A stretch of 64,000 nt of DNA, taken from positions 85,994,001 through 86,058,000 of the forward strand of contig NC_091989.1 in assembly GCF_044704955.1 (NCBI RefSeq), read 5' to 3'. Positions 1 through 11,670 of this stretch are shown here, piece after piece (positions within the stretch are counted from its first letter, which is position 1; every line of letters starts with the position of its first letter). The DNA comes from Pristiophorus japonicus. Lineage: Eukaryota. The notes under the pieces are model-generated. The model saw nothing but the letters and a program-made list of their open reading frames with translations, ran no database searches and was not told the DNA's origin. The position numbers and the translations under genes are program-made.

Positions 1-186
1 CTAAGGAGTAGTGACAATTAGAGACCATTAAAATAACCTGTATGTGGAGGTAGAAGACATGGGTATGGTTCTAAATGAATACTTTAAGAAAATACGAAAG
101 AGGAGCAGAAGTAGGCCATATGACACCTCGAGCCTGCTCTTCCATTTAATACGATCTTGGCTGGTCCGATCATGGACTTAGGTCCA

Positions 187-328
187 TCATCACCATCATC
201 ATAGGTGGTCCCTCGAAACGAGGATGACTTCCGTCCGCGCCAAAAAAAGGACGAGTTCACAGATGTTTCAATGAAGGACCCGAACTACATCCTGAAGGGT
301 GGAAGATGCCTGTGCGTGGATTTTTCCA
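187..328 (-). mobile_element. Short RTE-tailed insertion (SINE or 5'-truncated RTE) inside a LINE 3' UTR
   Basis: (GAT)n tail and CCTCG-loop-CGAGG hairpin shared with the RTE at 29547; TCCA duplicated at 183-186 and 329-332. Confidence 0.7.
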
Positions 329-2560
329 TCCACATCTCTGCCCGCTCTCCATAACCTCTTATTCCCTTATCGGTTAAAAACTGTCTATCTCTGTCTTAAA
401 TTTATTTACTATCCAAGGTTCCACAGCTCTCTGAGGCAGTGAATTCCACAGATTTACAACCCTCAGAGAAAATACATTTTTCCTCATCTCAGTTTTAAAG
501 GGGCATCCCCTTATTCTAAGTGTACGCTCTCTAGTTCGAGTCTCCCCCATCAGTGGAAACATCCTCTCTGCATCCACCTTGTCAAGCCGCCTCATAATCT
601 TAGACGTTTCGATAGGATCACCTTCCAATCTTCTGAATTCCAATGAGTATAGGCCCAACCTACTCAACCTTTCATCAAAGATCAACACCCTCATCTTTGG
701 AATCAAACTAGTGAAGCTTCTCTGAACTCCCTCCAAAGCAAGTATATCCTTTTATAAATATGGAAATCAAAACTGCACGCAGAATTCCATGTGTGGCCTC
801 AGCAATATCCTGTGTAACTGTAGAAAGACTTCTCTGCGTTTACACTCCATCCCCTTTGCAATAAAGGCCAAGATTCCATTGGCCTTCCTGATCACTCGAT
901 GTACCTGCATTAGCCTTTTGTGTTTCATGTACAAGTATGCCGAGGTCCTGCTGTACTGCAGCACTTTGCACTCTTTCCCCATTGAAGTAATAACTTGCTC
1001 TTTGATTTTTTTTCTGCCTAAATGCATGACCTCACACTTTCCAACATTATAATCCATCTGCAAAATTTTTGCCCACTCACTAAGCCTGTCTATTGCCTTT
1101 TGCAGATTTTTTGTGTCTTCCTCACACATTACTTTTCCTCCCATCTTTGTATTGTCAGAAAACTTGGCTACGTTACACTCGGTCCCTTCTTCCAAATCGT
1201 TAACATAGTTGGGGTCCCAGCACTGATCCCTGCGGCACACCATTAGTTACTGAATGTCAACCTGAGAATGAACCATTTATACTGAATGTCTGTTTTCTGT
1301 TCGTTAGCCAATCCTCTATCCATGCTAATATATTACCCACAACCCCGTGAACTTTTATCATGTGCAGTAACCTTTTATGTGGCATCTTGTTAAAGGCCTT
1401 CTGGAAGTCTAAATACACCACGTCCACTGGTTCCCCTTTATTCACCATGTTCGTTACATCCTCAAAGAATTCCATCAAATTTGTGAAACATGATTTCCCC
1501 TTCATAAATCCATGCTGACTCTGCCTGACCGAATTATGCTTTTCCAAATGTCCTGCTACTACTCCTTTAATAATGGACTCCAACATTTTCCCAATCACAG
1601 ATGTTAGCCTAACTGGTCTATATTTTCCCGCTTATTGCCTGCCTCCTTTTTTATATAGGGGCGTTACATTTGCAGTTTTCAAATCTGCTAGGACCTCCCC
1701 AGAATCCAGAGATTTTTTTGGTAAATTATAACTAGTGCATTCACTATCCCTGCCACTACTTCTCTTAAGACCCTAGGATGCAAGCCACCGGGTCCAGAGG
1801 ATTTATCTGTCTTTAGTCCCATCATCTTACTGAGTATCACCTCCTTAGTAATTGTGATTGTGTTAAGTTCCTCCCCCCGCCCCCCCCACCCCCCACCCAT
1901 AACCCCTTGATGATCCACTATTGGGATATGTTTCGTGTCCTCTACCGTAAAGACAGATACAAAATATTTGTTCAGTGTTTCTACCATCTCCATGTTCCCC
2001 ATTACTAATTCCCCGGTCTCATCATCTAATGGACCAACATTTACTTTAGCCACTCTTTTCCTTTACTTAGACCTATCTAAACTCTTGCTATCTGTTTTTA
2101 TGTTTTGTGCTCGTTTACTTTCATAGTCTATCTTCTCTTTCTTAATCATTTTTTCGTATTTTGTTACTGGCTTTTAAAAGCTTCCTAATCTTCTGTCCCC
2201 CCACTAGTTTTGACCACTTTGTATGCCCTTGTTTTTAATTGGATACCGTCCTTTATTTCTTTAATGAGCCACGGATTGCTATCTTTTCTCGGACACCCTT
2301 TCCTCCTTACTGGAATATATTTTGCTTCAGAGTTTGGAAATATCTCCTTTCATGTACACCACTGCTCATCATCCGTCCTACACTTTAATCTATTTTCCCA
2401 GTCCACTTTACCCAATTCTGCCACCATACATCATACTCTCCACTATTTAAGCTTAGTACACTGGCTAGAGATCCAACTTTCTCATCCTCCATCTGAATTT
2501 GAAATGCAATCATGCTATGATCACTCAGTCCAAGGGGATGCTTTACTAGGACATTGTTTA

Positions 2561-5500
2561 CATAGAAACATAGAAATTAGTTGCAGGAGTAGGCCATTTG
2601 GTCCTTCGACCCTGCACCATGAATTAATAGATCATGGCTAATCATTCAACTCAGTACCCTTTCCCTGCTTTCTCTCCATACCCCTTGAACCCTTTAGCCA
2701 TAAGGGCCATATCTAATTCCCTCTTGAATATATCCAATGAACTGGCATCAACAACTCTCTGTGGTAGGGAATGCCACAGGTAAATAACTCTCTGAGCGAA
2801 GAGGTTTCTCCTCATCTCAGTCCTAAATGTTTTACCCCTTATCCTTCGAATATGTCCCCTGGTTCTGGACATCCCCATCATCGGGAACGTTCTTCCTGCA
2901 TCTAACCTGTACAGTCCCGTCAGAATTTTATATGTTTCTTTGAAATCCCCTCTCATCCTTCGAAACTCCAGTGAATATAGGTCTAGTCGATCCAGTTTAT
3001 CCTCATATATCAGTCCTGCCATCCCGGGAATCAGTCTGGTGAACCTTCGATGCAATCCCTCAATAGCAAGAACGTCGTTCCTCTGATTAGGAGACCAAAA
3101 CTGAACACAATATTCCAGCTGATGCTGCATTAAGGCCCTGTCCAACAGTAGTAAGACCTCCCTGCTCCTAAACTCAAATCCCCTAGCTATGAAGACAAAC
3201 ATACCATTTGCCTTCTTCACCGCCTGCTGTACCTGCATGCCAACTTTCAATGACTGATGTACCATGACACCCAGGTCTCGTTGTACCTCTCCTTTTCCTA
3301 ATCTGCCGCCATGCAGATAATATTTTGCCTTCCTGTTTTTGCCATCAAAGAGGATAACCTCACATTTATCCACATTATACTGCATCTGCCACGCGTTTGC
3401 CCACTCACCTAACCTGTCCAAATCACTGTGCAGTCTCTTAGCATCCTTTTCACTGCTCACACTGACACCCAGCTTAGTGTAATCTGCAAACTTGGAGATG
3501 TTACATTCAATTCCCTCATCCAAATTATTAATGTATATTGTAAAGAGCTGTGGTCCCAGCACTGAGTCCTGTGGCATCCCACTAGTTACTGCGTGCCATT
3601 CTGAAAAGTACCTGTTTATCCCGAATTTCTGCTTCATATCTGCCAACCAGTTCTCTATCCACGTCAGTAGATTACCCCCAATACCATGTGCTTTAATTTT
3701 GCACACCAATCTCTTGTGTGGGACCTTGTCAAAAGCCTTTTGAAAGTACAAATACATCAAATCCACTGGCTCTCCCTTGTCCACTCTACTAGTTACATCC
3801 TTAAAAAAATTTAGAAGATTTGTCAAGCAGGATTTCCCTTTCATAAATCCATGCTGACTTGGACCGATCCCATCACTGCTTTCCAAATGCGCTGCTATTT
3901 CATCTTTAATAATTGATTCCAACGTTTTCCCCACTAGTGATGACAGGCTAACCATTCTATAGTTAGCCGTTCTCTCCCTCCCTCCTTTTTTAAAAAATGG
4001 TGTTACATTAACTACCCTCCAGATCATAGGAACTGATCCAGAGTGGATAGACTGTTGGAAAATGATCACCAATGCATCCACTATTTCCAGGGCTACTTCC
4101 TTAAGTACTCTGGGATGCAGACTATCAGGACCGGGAATGTATCGGCCTTCAATCCCATCAATGTCCATAACACAATTTCCCACCTAATAAAGATTTCCTT
4201 CAGTTCTTCATTCTCACTAGACCCTTAATCCCCTAGTATTTCCAGAAGGTTATTTGTGTATTCCTTCGTGAAGTCAGAATGAAAGTATTTATTTAACTGG
4301 TCCGCGATTTCTTTGTTCCCCATTATAAATTCACCTGAATCTGACTGCAACGGATCTACGTTTGTCTTCACTAATCTTTTTCTCTTCACATACCAATGGA
4401 AGCTTTTGCAGTCAGTTTTTATGTTCCCAGCAAGCTTCCTCTCATACACTATTTTCCTCCTCCTAATTAAACCCTTTGTCCTCCTCTGCTGTATTACAAA
4501 ATTCTCCCAGTCCTCAGGTTTTCTGCTTTTTCTGCCCAATTTATATGCCTCTTCCTTGGATTTAACGCTATCCTTAATTTCCCTTGTCAGCCACGGTTGA
4601 GCCACCTTCCCTGTTTTATTTTTTACTCCAGACCGAGATGTACAATTGTTGAAGTTCATCCATGTGATCTTTAAATGTTTGCCATTGCCTATCCACTGTC
4701 TACCCTTTAATTATCACTCGCCAGTCTATTCTAGTCAATTCATGTCTCATACCATCGATGTTACATTTTAAGTTCAGGATCCTAGTATCTGAATTAACTG
4801 TGTCACTCTCCATCTTAATAAAGAATTCTACCATATTATGGACTCTCTTCCCCAAGGGGCCTCGAACAACAAGATTGTTCATTAGTCCTTTCTCATTACA
4901 CATCACCCAGTCTAGGATGGCCAGCCCTCTAGTTGGTTCCTCAACATATTGGTCTAAAAAAAGCATCCCTAATACACTCCAGGAAATCCTCCTCCACCGC
5001 ATTGTTTGGTTAGCCCAATCAATACGGAGATTAAAGTCGCCCATACCTTTATTGCACACATCCCTAATTTCTTGTTTTATGCTATCCCCAACCTCACTAC
5101 TACTGTTTGGTGGTCTGTACACAGCTCCCTTTAGAGTTTTCTGCCCTTTGGCATTCCGTAGCTCCATGCATACCGATTCCACATCATCCAAGCTAATGTC
5201 CTTCCTTACTATTGCCTTAATTTCCTCTTTAACCAGCAACTCCACCCCACCTCCTTTTCCTTTCTGTCTATCCTTCCTAAATATTGAATATCCCTGGATG
5301 TTGAGTTCCTAGCCTTGGTCATCCTGGAGCCATGTCTCCGTGATGCCAATTACATCATATCCGTTAACTGTTATCTGCGCAGTTAATTCGTCCCCATAAT
5401 TCCGAATTCTCCTCGCATTGATGCACAATGCCTTCAGGGCTGTCTTTTTAACACACTTTTCCCCTTTAGAATATTGCTGTAATGTGGCCCTTTTTCCTCT

Positions 5501-5932
5501 TTGCCTTGGGTTTCTCTGCCCTCGACTTTTACTTTTCTTCTTTCTATCTTTTGCATCTAACCCCATTCTACTTCCCTCTGTCTCCCTGCATTGGTTCCCA
5601 TCCCCCTGCCATATTAGTTTAAATCATCCCCAACAGCACTAGCAAACACTCCCCCTAGGACATTGGTTCCGGTCCTGCCCAGAATAAGACTGTCCAGTTT
5701 GACCTGGTCCCACCTCCCCCAGAACTGGTTCCAATGTCCCAGGAATTTTAATCCCTCCTTCCTGCACCACTCCTTAAGCCAAGTATTCATCTGAGCTGAG
5801 CTATCCTGCGATTCCTACCCTGACTAGCACGTAGCACTGGTAGCAAACTTGAGATTACTAATTTTGAGGTCCTACTTTTTAATTTAGCTCCTAGCTCCCT
5901 AAATTCGTCTTGTAGCACCTCATCCCGTTTTT
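2561..5932 (-). mobile_element. CR1/HER1 LINE, 5'-truncated in ORF1, nested in the previous LINE
   Basis: 510-aa RT ORF 2651-4183 (QHGFMKGKSCLTNLL, FQKAFDKVPH, FADYTKLG), endonuclease fragments at 4700-5566, (TTTCTATG)n tail at 2561-2576. Confidence 0.93.
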
Positions 5933-8173
5933 ACTAATGCTGTCTCATTACACAGGACTAGGTCTAAGATTGCCTGCTGCCTGATTGGTTCCGTTACATA
6001 CTGCTCGAGAAACCCATCCCTTATGCACACCATGAACTCCTCCTCAAGGCTGCACTGACCATTTTGATGTGCCCAGTCAATATGGAGGGTAAAATCACCC
6101 ATGATTATTGCTGTTCCCTTTTTACAAGCCTCCAATATTTTCTTGTTTATGCTCCAACCAACAGAGTTGCTAATGTTAGCAGACGTATAGACTACGCCCA
6201 CCGGTGACTTCTTCCACTTATTATTCATTATCTCCACCCAAACTTTTTCAACATCCTGATCATTTGAGTCAATATCGTTTCTCAATATTGCTGCGATTCC
6301 ATCAATAGAGCTACACCACCTCCTTTTCCTTTCAGCCTGTCCTTCCGGATTGTGTATTTATTTTCCCCTGAGTATTTAATTCCCCGTCCTGGTCACCTTG
6401 CAACCACGTCTCTGTAATGGCTATCAGATCATATCCAGTTATCTCTATTTGTGCCGTCAACTCATGCATGTTGTTACAATTGCTACGTGCCTTTAGACAA
6501 AAAGCCTTTCAATTTATTGTTTCACCCTTTTTTCCTGCTTGATTCCTCTCTCCTTCAAATTCACATTCTTTATTTTGCTTTTTAATTTCAGCTTTACTCC
6601 CCTCCCTACTGAATTTACTTTCAGGTTCCCATCCCCCTGCCAAGCTAGTTTAAACCCTCCCCAACAGCACTTACAAACCCCTCATGTGAGGATATTGGTC
6701 CTTCCTCTGTTGATGTGCAACCCGTCCCACCTCCCGCAGAAGCTAACTCAATGCCTCAGGAAACTAAAACCCTCCCGTCTGCACCATCTCTCCAGTCACG
6801 TATTCATCTGCTCTATCCTCTTTTTTATGTACTCATTAGTTCGTGGCACTGGGAGTAATCCAGAGATTACTATCTTGGAGGTACTGCTTTTTAATATCTC
6901 TCCTAGCTCTCTAAACTCTACCTGCAGGACCTCATCCCTCTTTCTACCTATGTCATTGGTCCCGATATGTACCACAACCTCTGGATGTTCACCCTCTCTC
7001 CCCCAGAATGCCCTGCAGCCATTCAGTGTCATCCTTGACCTTGCACCAGGGAGGCAAAATATCATCCTGGAGCCACGTCTGCCGCCGCAGAAACGCCTGT
7101 CTGCACCCCTGGCTATTGAATCCATAGCACTATAGCTCTTCCATTCTTCTTCCTCCACCACCCCCCTCCCCCCACGTGCAGCTGAGCCACCCGTGGTGCC
7201 GTGGATTTGGCTCTGGATTTCTGTCTATTTTACCAAAAGAGAGGGAAGATGAAGGCCTTACAATCAGGGAGAATGAGTGTGAAATATTGGATGAAATAAA
7301 CGTAATGAGAGGAAGTATTAAGGGATTTAGCATCTTTGAAGGTAGATAAATCCACAGACCCGGTTGAAATGTATCCCGGACTGATAAGAGAAGCAATAGA
7401 GCAAGTAGCAGAGGGCATGACCATTATATTGCAATCCTCTCTGTCTAGCGGTGTGTTACCAGAGGTCTAGTTGAGTGCTACATTTGTACCATTGTTTAAA
7501 AAGGAAGGAAAGGATAGACCGAGTAATTACAGGCCAAACATCCTAACCTCGGTGGTGGGAAAATTATTGGAAACCTTCTGAGTGTTAGGATAAATCTTCA
7601 TTTCGAAATACATGGACTAAGAAAGAGAAATCCACATGGATTTGTTAAGGGAAGGTCGTGTCTTACTAAATTGATTGAATTTTTGTGGAGATAAGAAAGA
7701 GGGTCGATGATTGTAGTGCGTTTCATGTAGTGTATGTGGGTTTGAGCAAAGCTTTTGATAAAGTCCCACATGGCAGACTGGTTGTAAAAGTAAAAGCCCA
7801 TGGGATTCAAGGCAAAGCAGAAAGTTGGATCCAAAAACTGGTTTAGAGGCAGGAAGCAAAAGGTCATGGTCGATGGATGTTTTTGTGAATGGAAGACTAT
7901 TTCTAGTGGGGTTCCGCAGGGCTCAGTACTAGGTGGCTTGCTTTTTGTGGTATGTATCAATGAGGTAGACTTGAATGTGGGGGTATAATTAGGAAATTTG
8001 CTAATGATACAAAAATAGACTGTGTGGTTGATAATGAAGAAGGAAGGTGTAGACTGCAGGAAATATCAATGAACTGGTCAGGTGGGCAGAACAATGGCAC
8101 ATGGAATTCAATTCTGAGAAGTGTGAGATAATGCATTTTGGGAGGGCTAAACGGGCAAGGGAATATACGTTAA

Positions 8174-9253
8174 ACATAGAAACATAGAAACATAGAAAAT
8201 AGGTGCAGGAGCAGGCCATTCAGCCCTTCTAGCCTGCACCGCCATTCAATGAGTTCATGGCTGAACATGAAACTTCAGTACCCCCTTCCTGCTTTCTCGC
8301 CATAACCCTTGATCCCCCGAGTAGTAAGGACTTCATCTAACTCCCTTTTGAATATATTTAGTGAATTGGCCTCAACTACTTTCTGTGGTGGAGAATTCCA
8401 CAGGTTCACCACTCTCTGGGTGAAGAAGTTTCTCCTCATCTCGGTCCTAAATGGCTTACCCCTTATCCTCAGACTGTGTCCCCTGGTTCTGGACTTCCCC
8501 AACATTGGGAACATTCTTCCTGCATCTAACCTGTCTAAACCCGTCAAAATTTTAAACGTTTCTATGAGGTCCCCTCTCATTCTTCTGAACTCCAGTGAAT
8601 ACAAGCCCAGTTGATCCAGTCTTTCTTGATAGGTCAGTCCCGCCATCCCGGGAATCAGTCTGGTGAATCTTCGCTGCACTCCCTCAATAGCAAGAATGTC
8701 CTTCCTCAAGTTAGGAGACCAAAACTGTACACAATACTCCAGGTGTGGCCTCACCAAGGCCCTGTACAACTGTAGCAACACCTCCCTGCCCCTGTATTCA
8801 AATCCCCTCGCTATGAAGGCTAACATGCCATTTGCTTTCTTAACCGCCTGCTGTACCTGCATGCCAACCTTCAATGACTGATGTACCATGACACCCAGGT
8901 CTCGTTGCACCTTCCCTTTTCCTAATCTGTCACCATTCAGATAATAGTCTGTCTCTCTGTTTTTACCACCAAAGTGGATAACCTCACATTTATCCACATT
9001 ATACTTCATCTGCCATGCATTTGCCCACTCACCTAACCTATCCAAGTCACTCTGCAGCCTAATAGCATCCTCCTCGCAGCTCACACTGCCACCCAACTTA
9101 GTGTCATCCGGCAATTTGGAGATACTGCATTTAATCCCCTCGTCTAAATCATTAATGTACAATGTAAACAGCTGGGGCCCCAGCACAGAACCTTGCGGCA
9201 CCCCACTAGTCACTGCCTGCCATTCTGAAAAGTACCCGTTTACTCCTACTCTT
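8174..9253 (-). mobile_element. Young 5'-truncated CR1/HER1 LINE
   Basis: Uninterrupted 312-aa RT C-terminal ORF (8275-9213), three CATAGAAA tail units; interrupts the host LINE. Confidence 0.93.
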
Positions 9254-10450
9254 TAGATAGGACACTGATAACTGCATTGGAGTGCATGATCACAGATTCC
9301 TGAAGGTAGCAGGACAAGTAGATAAACTTGTAAGAAGGCATTCGGGTTGCTTGCCTTTATTAACGGGGGCATTGAATTTATGAGCAGTGAGCTTAAGCTT
9401 AAACTGTATAAAACACTAGGATACAGCTAGAGCAAAGTGTGCAGTTCTGGTCACCATATTACGGGAAAGATGTGATTGCACTGGAGAGGGTACACAGGAG
9501 ATTTACGAGGATGTTGCCTGGACTGGAGAATTTTGGCAATCAGAAAAGATTGGATAGGCTGGAGTTGTTTTCTTTGGAACAGAGGAGGCTGAGGGAGATT
9601 TAATTGAGGTGTACAAAATTATGAAGAGCCAAGGTAGAGTGCATAAAAATGAACTATTTCCCTTAGCAGATGGATTAGTAACAAGAGGCCATAGATTTAA
9701 CGTAATTGTTAGAGGTTTAGAGTGGATTTGAGGAGATATATTAACACCCAGAGGGTGATGTGTGACTGGAACTCACTGCCTGAAAGGGTTGTAGAGGCAG
9801 AAAGCCTCATAGCATTTAAAGATTATAAGGATGTGCACTTGAATGGTCGTAACCTACAAGGCTACGGACCGAGAGCTGCAAAGTGGGATTAGGCTGGATA
9901 GCTGTTTATCACTGGCACGATGCGCCCAATAGCCTCCTTTTGTGCTGTAAATTTCTATTATTCTATGGCCTCCTTCTGAGCCATAAGTTTCGAAGCTTCT
10001 GTCACTTCATGGCCTCTCTCAAAACCCTGGATTCGGCATTGCTCCGACTCTTTTATAACCTTGTCTCCATTCACCCCGTTATTGGTTACGATGCCTTCAG
10101 CTTTCAACTTCTACAACCACTGGAATAACACTCATTAAAGAGGTTCCATACTATTTTGGTGGATAGTGCTTACTTGAACGATCTCTCACCAGCTGAACTG
10201 GCTACTTAGAGTATGTTTAACTTTCAATGTTCATTTGCTGATTGGGAACGACTGAATACATTGCATTTGAACAGGACTTTGGAAACCCATTGAGAGACTT
10301 TCTATGACCTTTTGTCAAGACTTCGCCAATATTCTATCAACAATTTGAAGCAGATATTCTCTCTGGACTTTACCTAAAAAGAGGGATTGCTGTGCTACTC
10401 TACCTTATTGGACACCTTACTTGAGTCATGTGGAGAAAGTGAATGTGGAG

Positions 10451-11575
10451 ATGGCCGTCGCCATCTTGATAGGGGTCCCCTTGCTCTGCATGCTGATTAG
10501 GAGGAGATGAGGCCAGGCAGAGCAGTACGAGATGCTGCAGAAGAGAGGGACAGGAGGGCGCAGAAGGTTCTCAGTAGGAGGCCCTATCCCCACAGAGTAT
10601 TCAAAGAGCAGTACTCCTAAATTCACATGTGTCAAGACCAGTGCCTGAGCAGGCTACACTTTAACAAGGAGGATATTACTGAGATCGGTGGCTTGATGGC
10701 AGGAAGACTCATGCATCGCAGTAAGCCAGAACTGCTTTGCCTGTAGCAGTGAATATCACAGCAGCACTTAACTTTTATGCTACTGAAACCTTCAGGACTG
10801 CCACAGCTGATAAGTTACATTTCACAATCCACTGTGCACTTCTTTATATGCGCTCTGAGGAATGAGTATATAACATTTCGTATTGCCTGAGAAGACCAGA
10901 GACAGAGAGCTCCACGATTCGACAGGATTGTGGTACTCCCCATGCAATTGACTGTATACATGTGACCATGTGAGACCATCGTTTAAATTCTGAGATGTTC
11001 AGGAACAGAAAGGGATTCCATTCACTCAGTATACAGCTCGTAAGCGACCACCGGCAGTAGATCATGCAGTTAAGTGCTTGCTATCCATGGAGCTGCCGTG
11101 ATGCATTTACAATGAGACGGTCATCTGTCCTGCAGAAATTTGAGCCGCAACGCTACTTTCATGAGTAGCTACTAAGTGACATATCCTCTAATGCCGTGGC
11201 AAATGACTTCACAGAGAAACCCCAGACACCAGCTGAGCACTCATAGAATGAAAGCCACTCTGCCACCAGGAATATTGTGGAGCATACCATTGGAGTCCTC
11301 AAGCAAAAGGTTATTGCATTTACCGGTCAGGAGGTGCCGTGCAGTGCTCGGCCGAGAAGGTGTATTTACTCGTGGTGATTTGTTGCATGCTCCACAATCT
11401 GGCGATCATGAGACCAGCTGTCAGCACCTGCAATAATGTCAGAGGGTCAAACTGAGGAACCACAAGAGGAGGAGAAGGAAAAGAGGAGGGCGCCAGGGCG
11501 AGCACCAGACGGTTCGAAGTAGAGAGACCTTGGCTGGGAGAGACACACGCCACTATCTAATTGAACAGCGCTTTT
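10451..11575 (+). mobile_element. Degenerate PIF/Harbinger transposase (HARBI1-like DDE)
   Basis: Frameshifted motifs TALPVAVNITAALNFYAT, AIDCIHV, FRNRKGFHSLSIQLVSDH, YPLMPW, NESHSATRNIVEHTIGVLK, VVICCMLHNLAI. Confidence 0.88.
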
Positions 11576-11670
11576 GGGGGACATACTCCACCATGAGACT
11601 CCGGGGCACTGTTGCCACATGATGTTACTTCCACGACTTCGGATCCACTAGTCAGTCCATCATCTGCACT

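Larger units (their letters stand above)
86..7217 (-). mobile_element. CR1/HER1 LINE, split into ~86-2560 and ~5933-7217; includes ORF1 esterase remnant, endonuclease and RT fragments
   Basis: RT fragments in ORFs 374-736, 767-1243, 1257-1598 and 1688-2053; endonuclease in 5920-6285; SGNH-like ORF1 (DSIARG..VVVHIGTNDIG..ISGLLPVPR) in 6796-7161. Confidence 0.85.
1..9968 (+). mobile_element. Old CR1 LINE (host), split into 1-85, ~7218-8173 and ~9254-9968 by nested insertions
   Basis: The ORF2 text ...MVLNEYF (1-85) resumes at ~7218 (..IFTKER..KVDKS..), runs through GVPQGSVLG, and resumes after 9253 to a CR1 3' end (..TTCTATTATTCTATG at ~9955-9968). Confidence 0.75.

Noticed and set aside
2651-4183. 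510-aa RT ORF as a domesticated or active gene
   Set aside because: It is the C-terminal part of a frameshifted CR1 ORF2 with a damaged catalytic motif (FADY) inside a 5'-truncated copy.
6539-7135. 198-aa + strand ORF and similar ORFs (4758-5312, 35054-35485, 21783-22127)
   Set aside because: Antisense shadows of CR1 ORF1/ORF2.
10451-11575. Host HARBI1 gene
   Set aside because: Multiple stops and frameshifts, and pairing with a Myb-like ORF, indicate a dead transposon.
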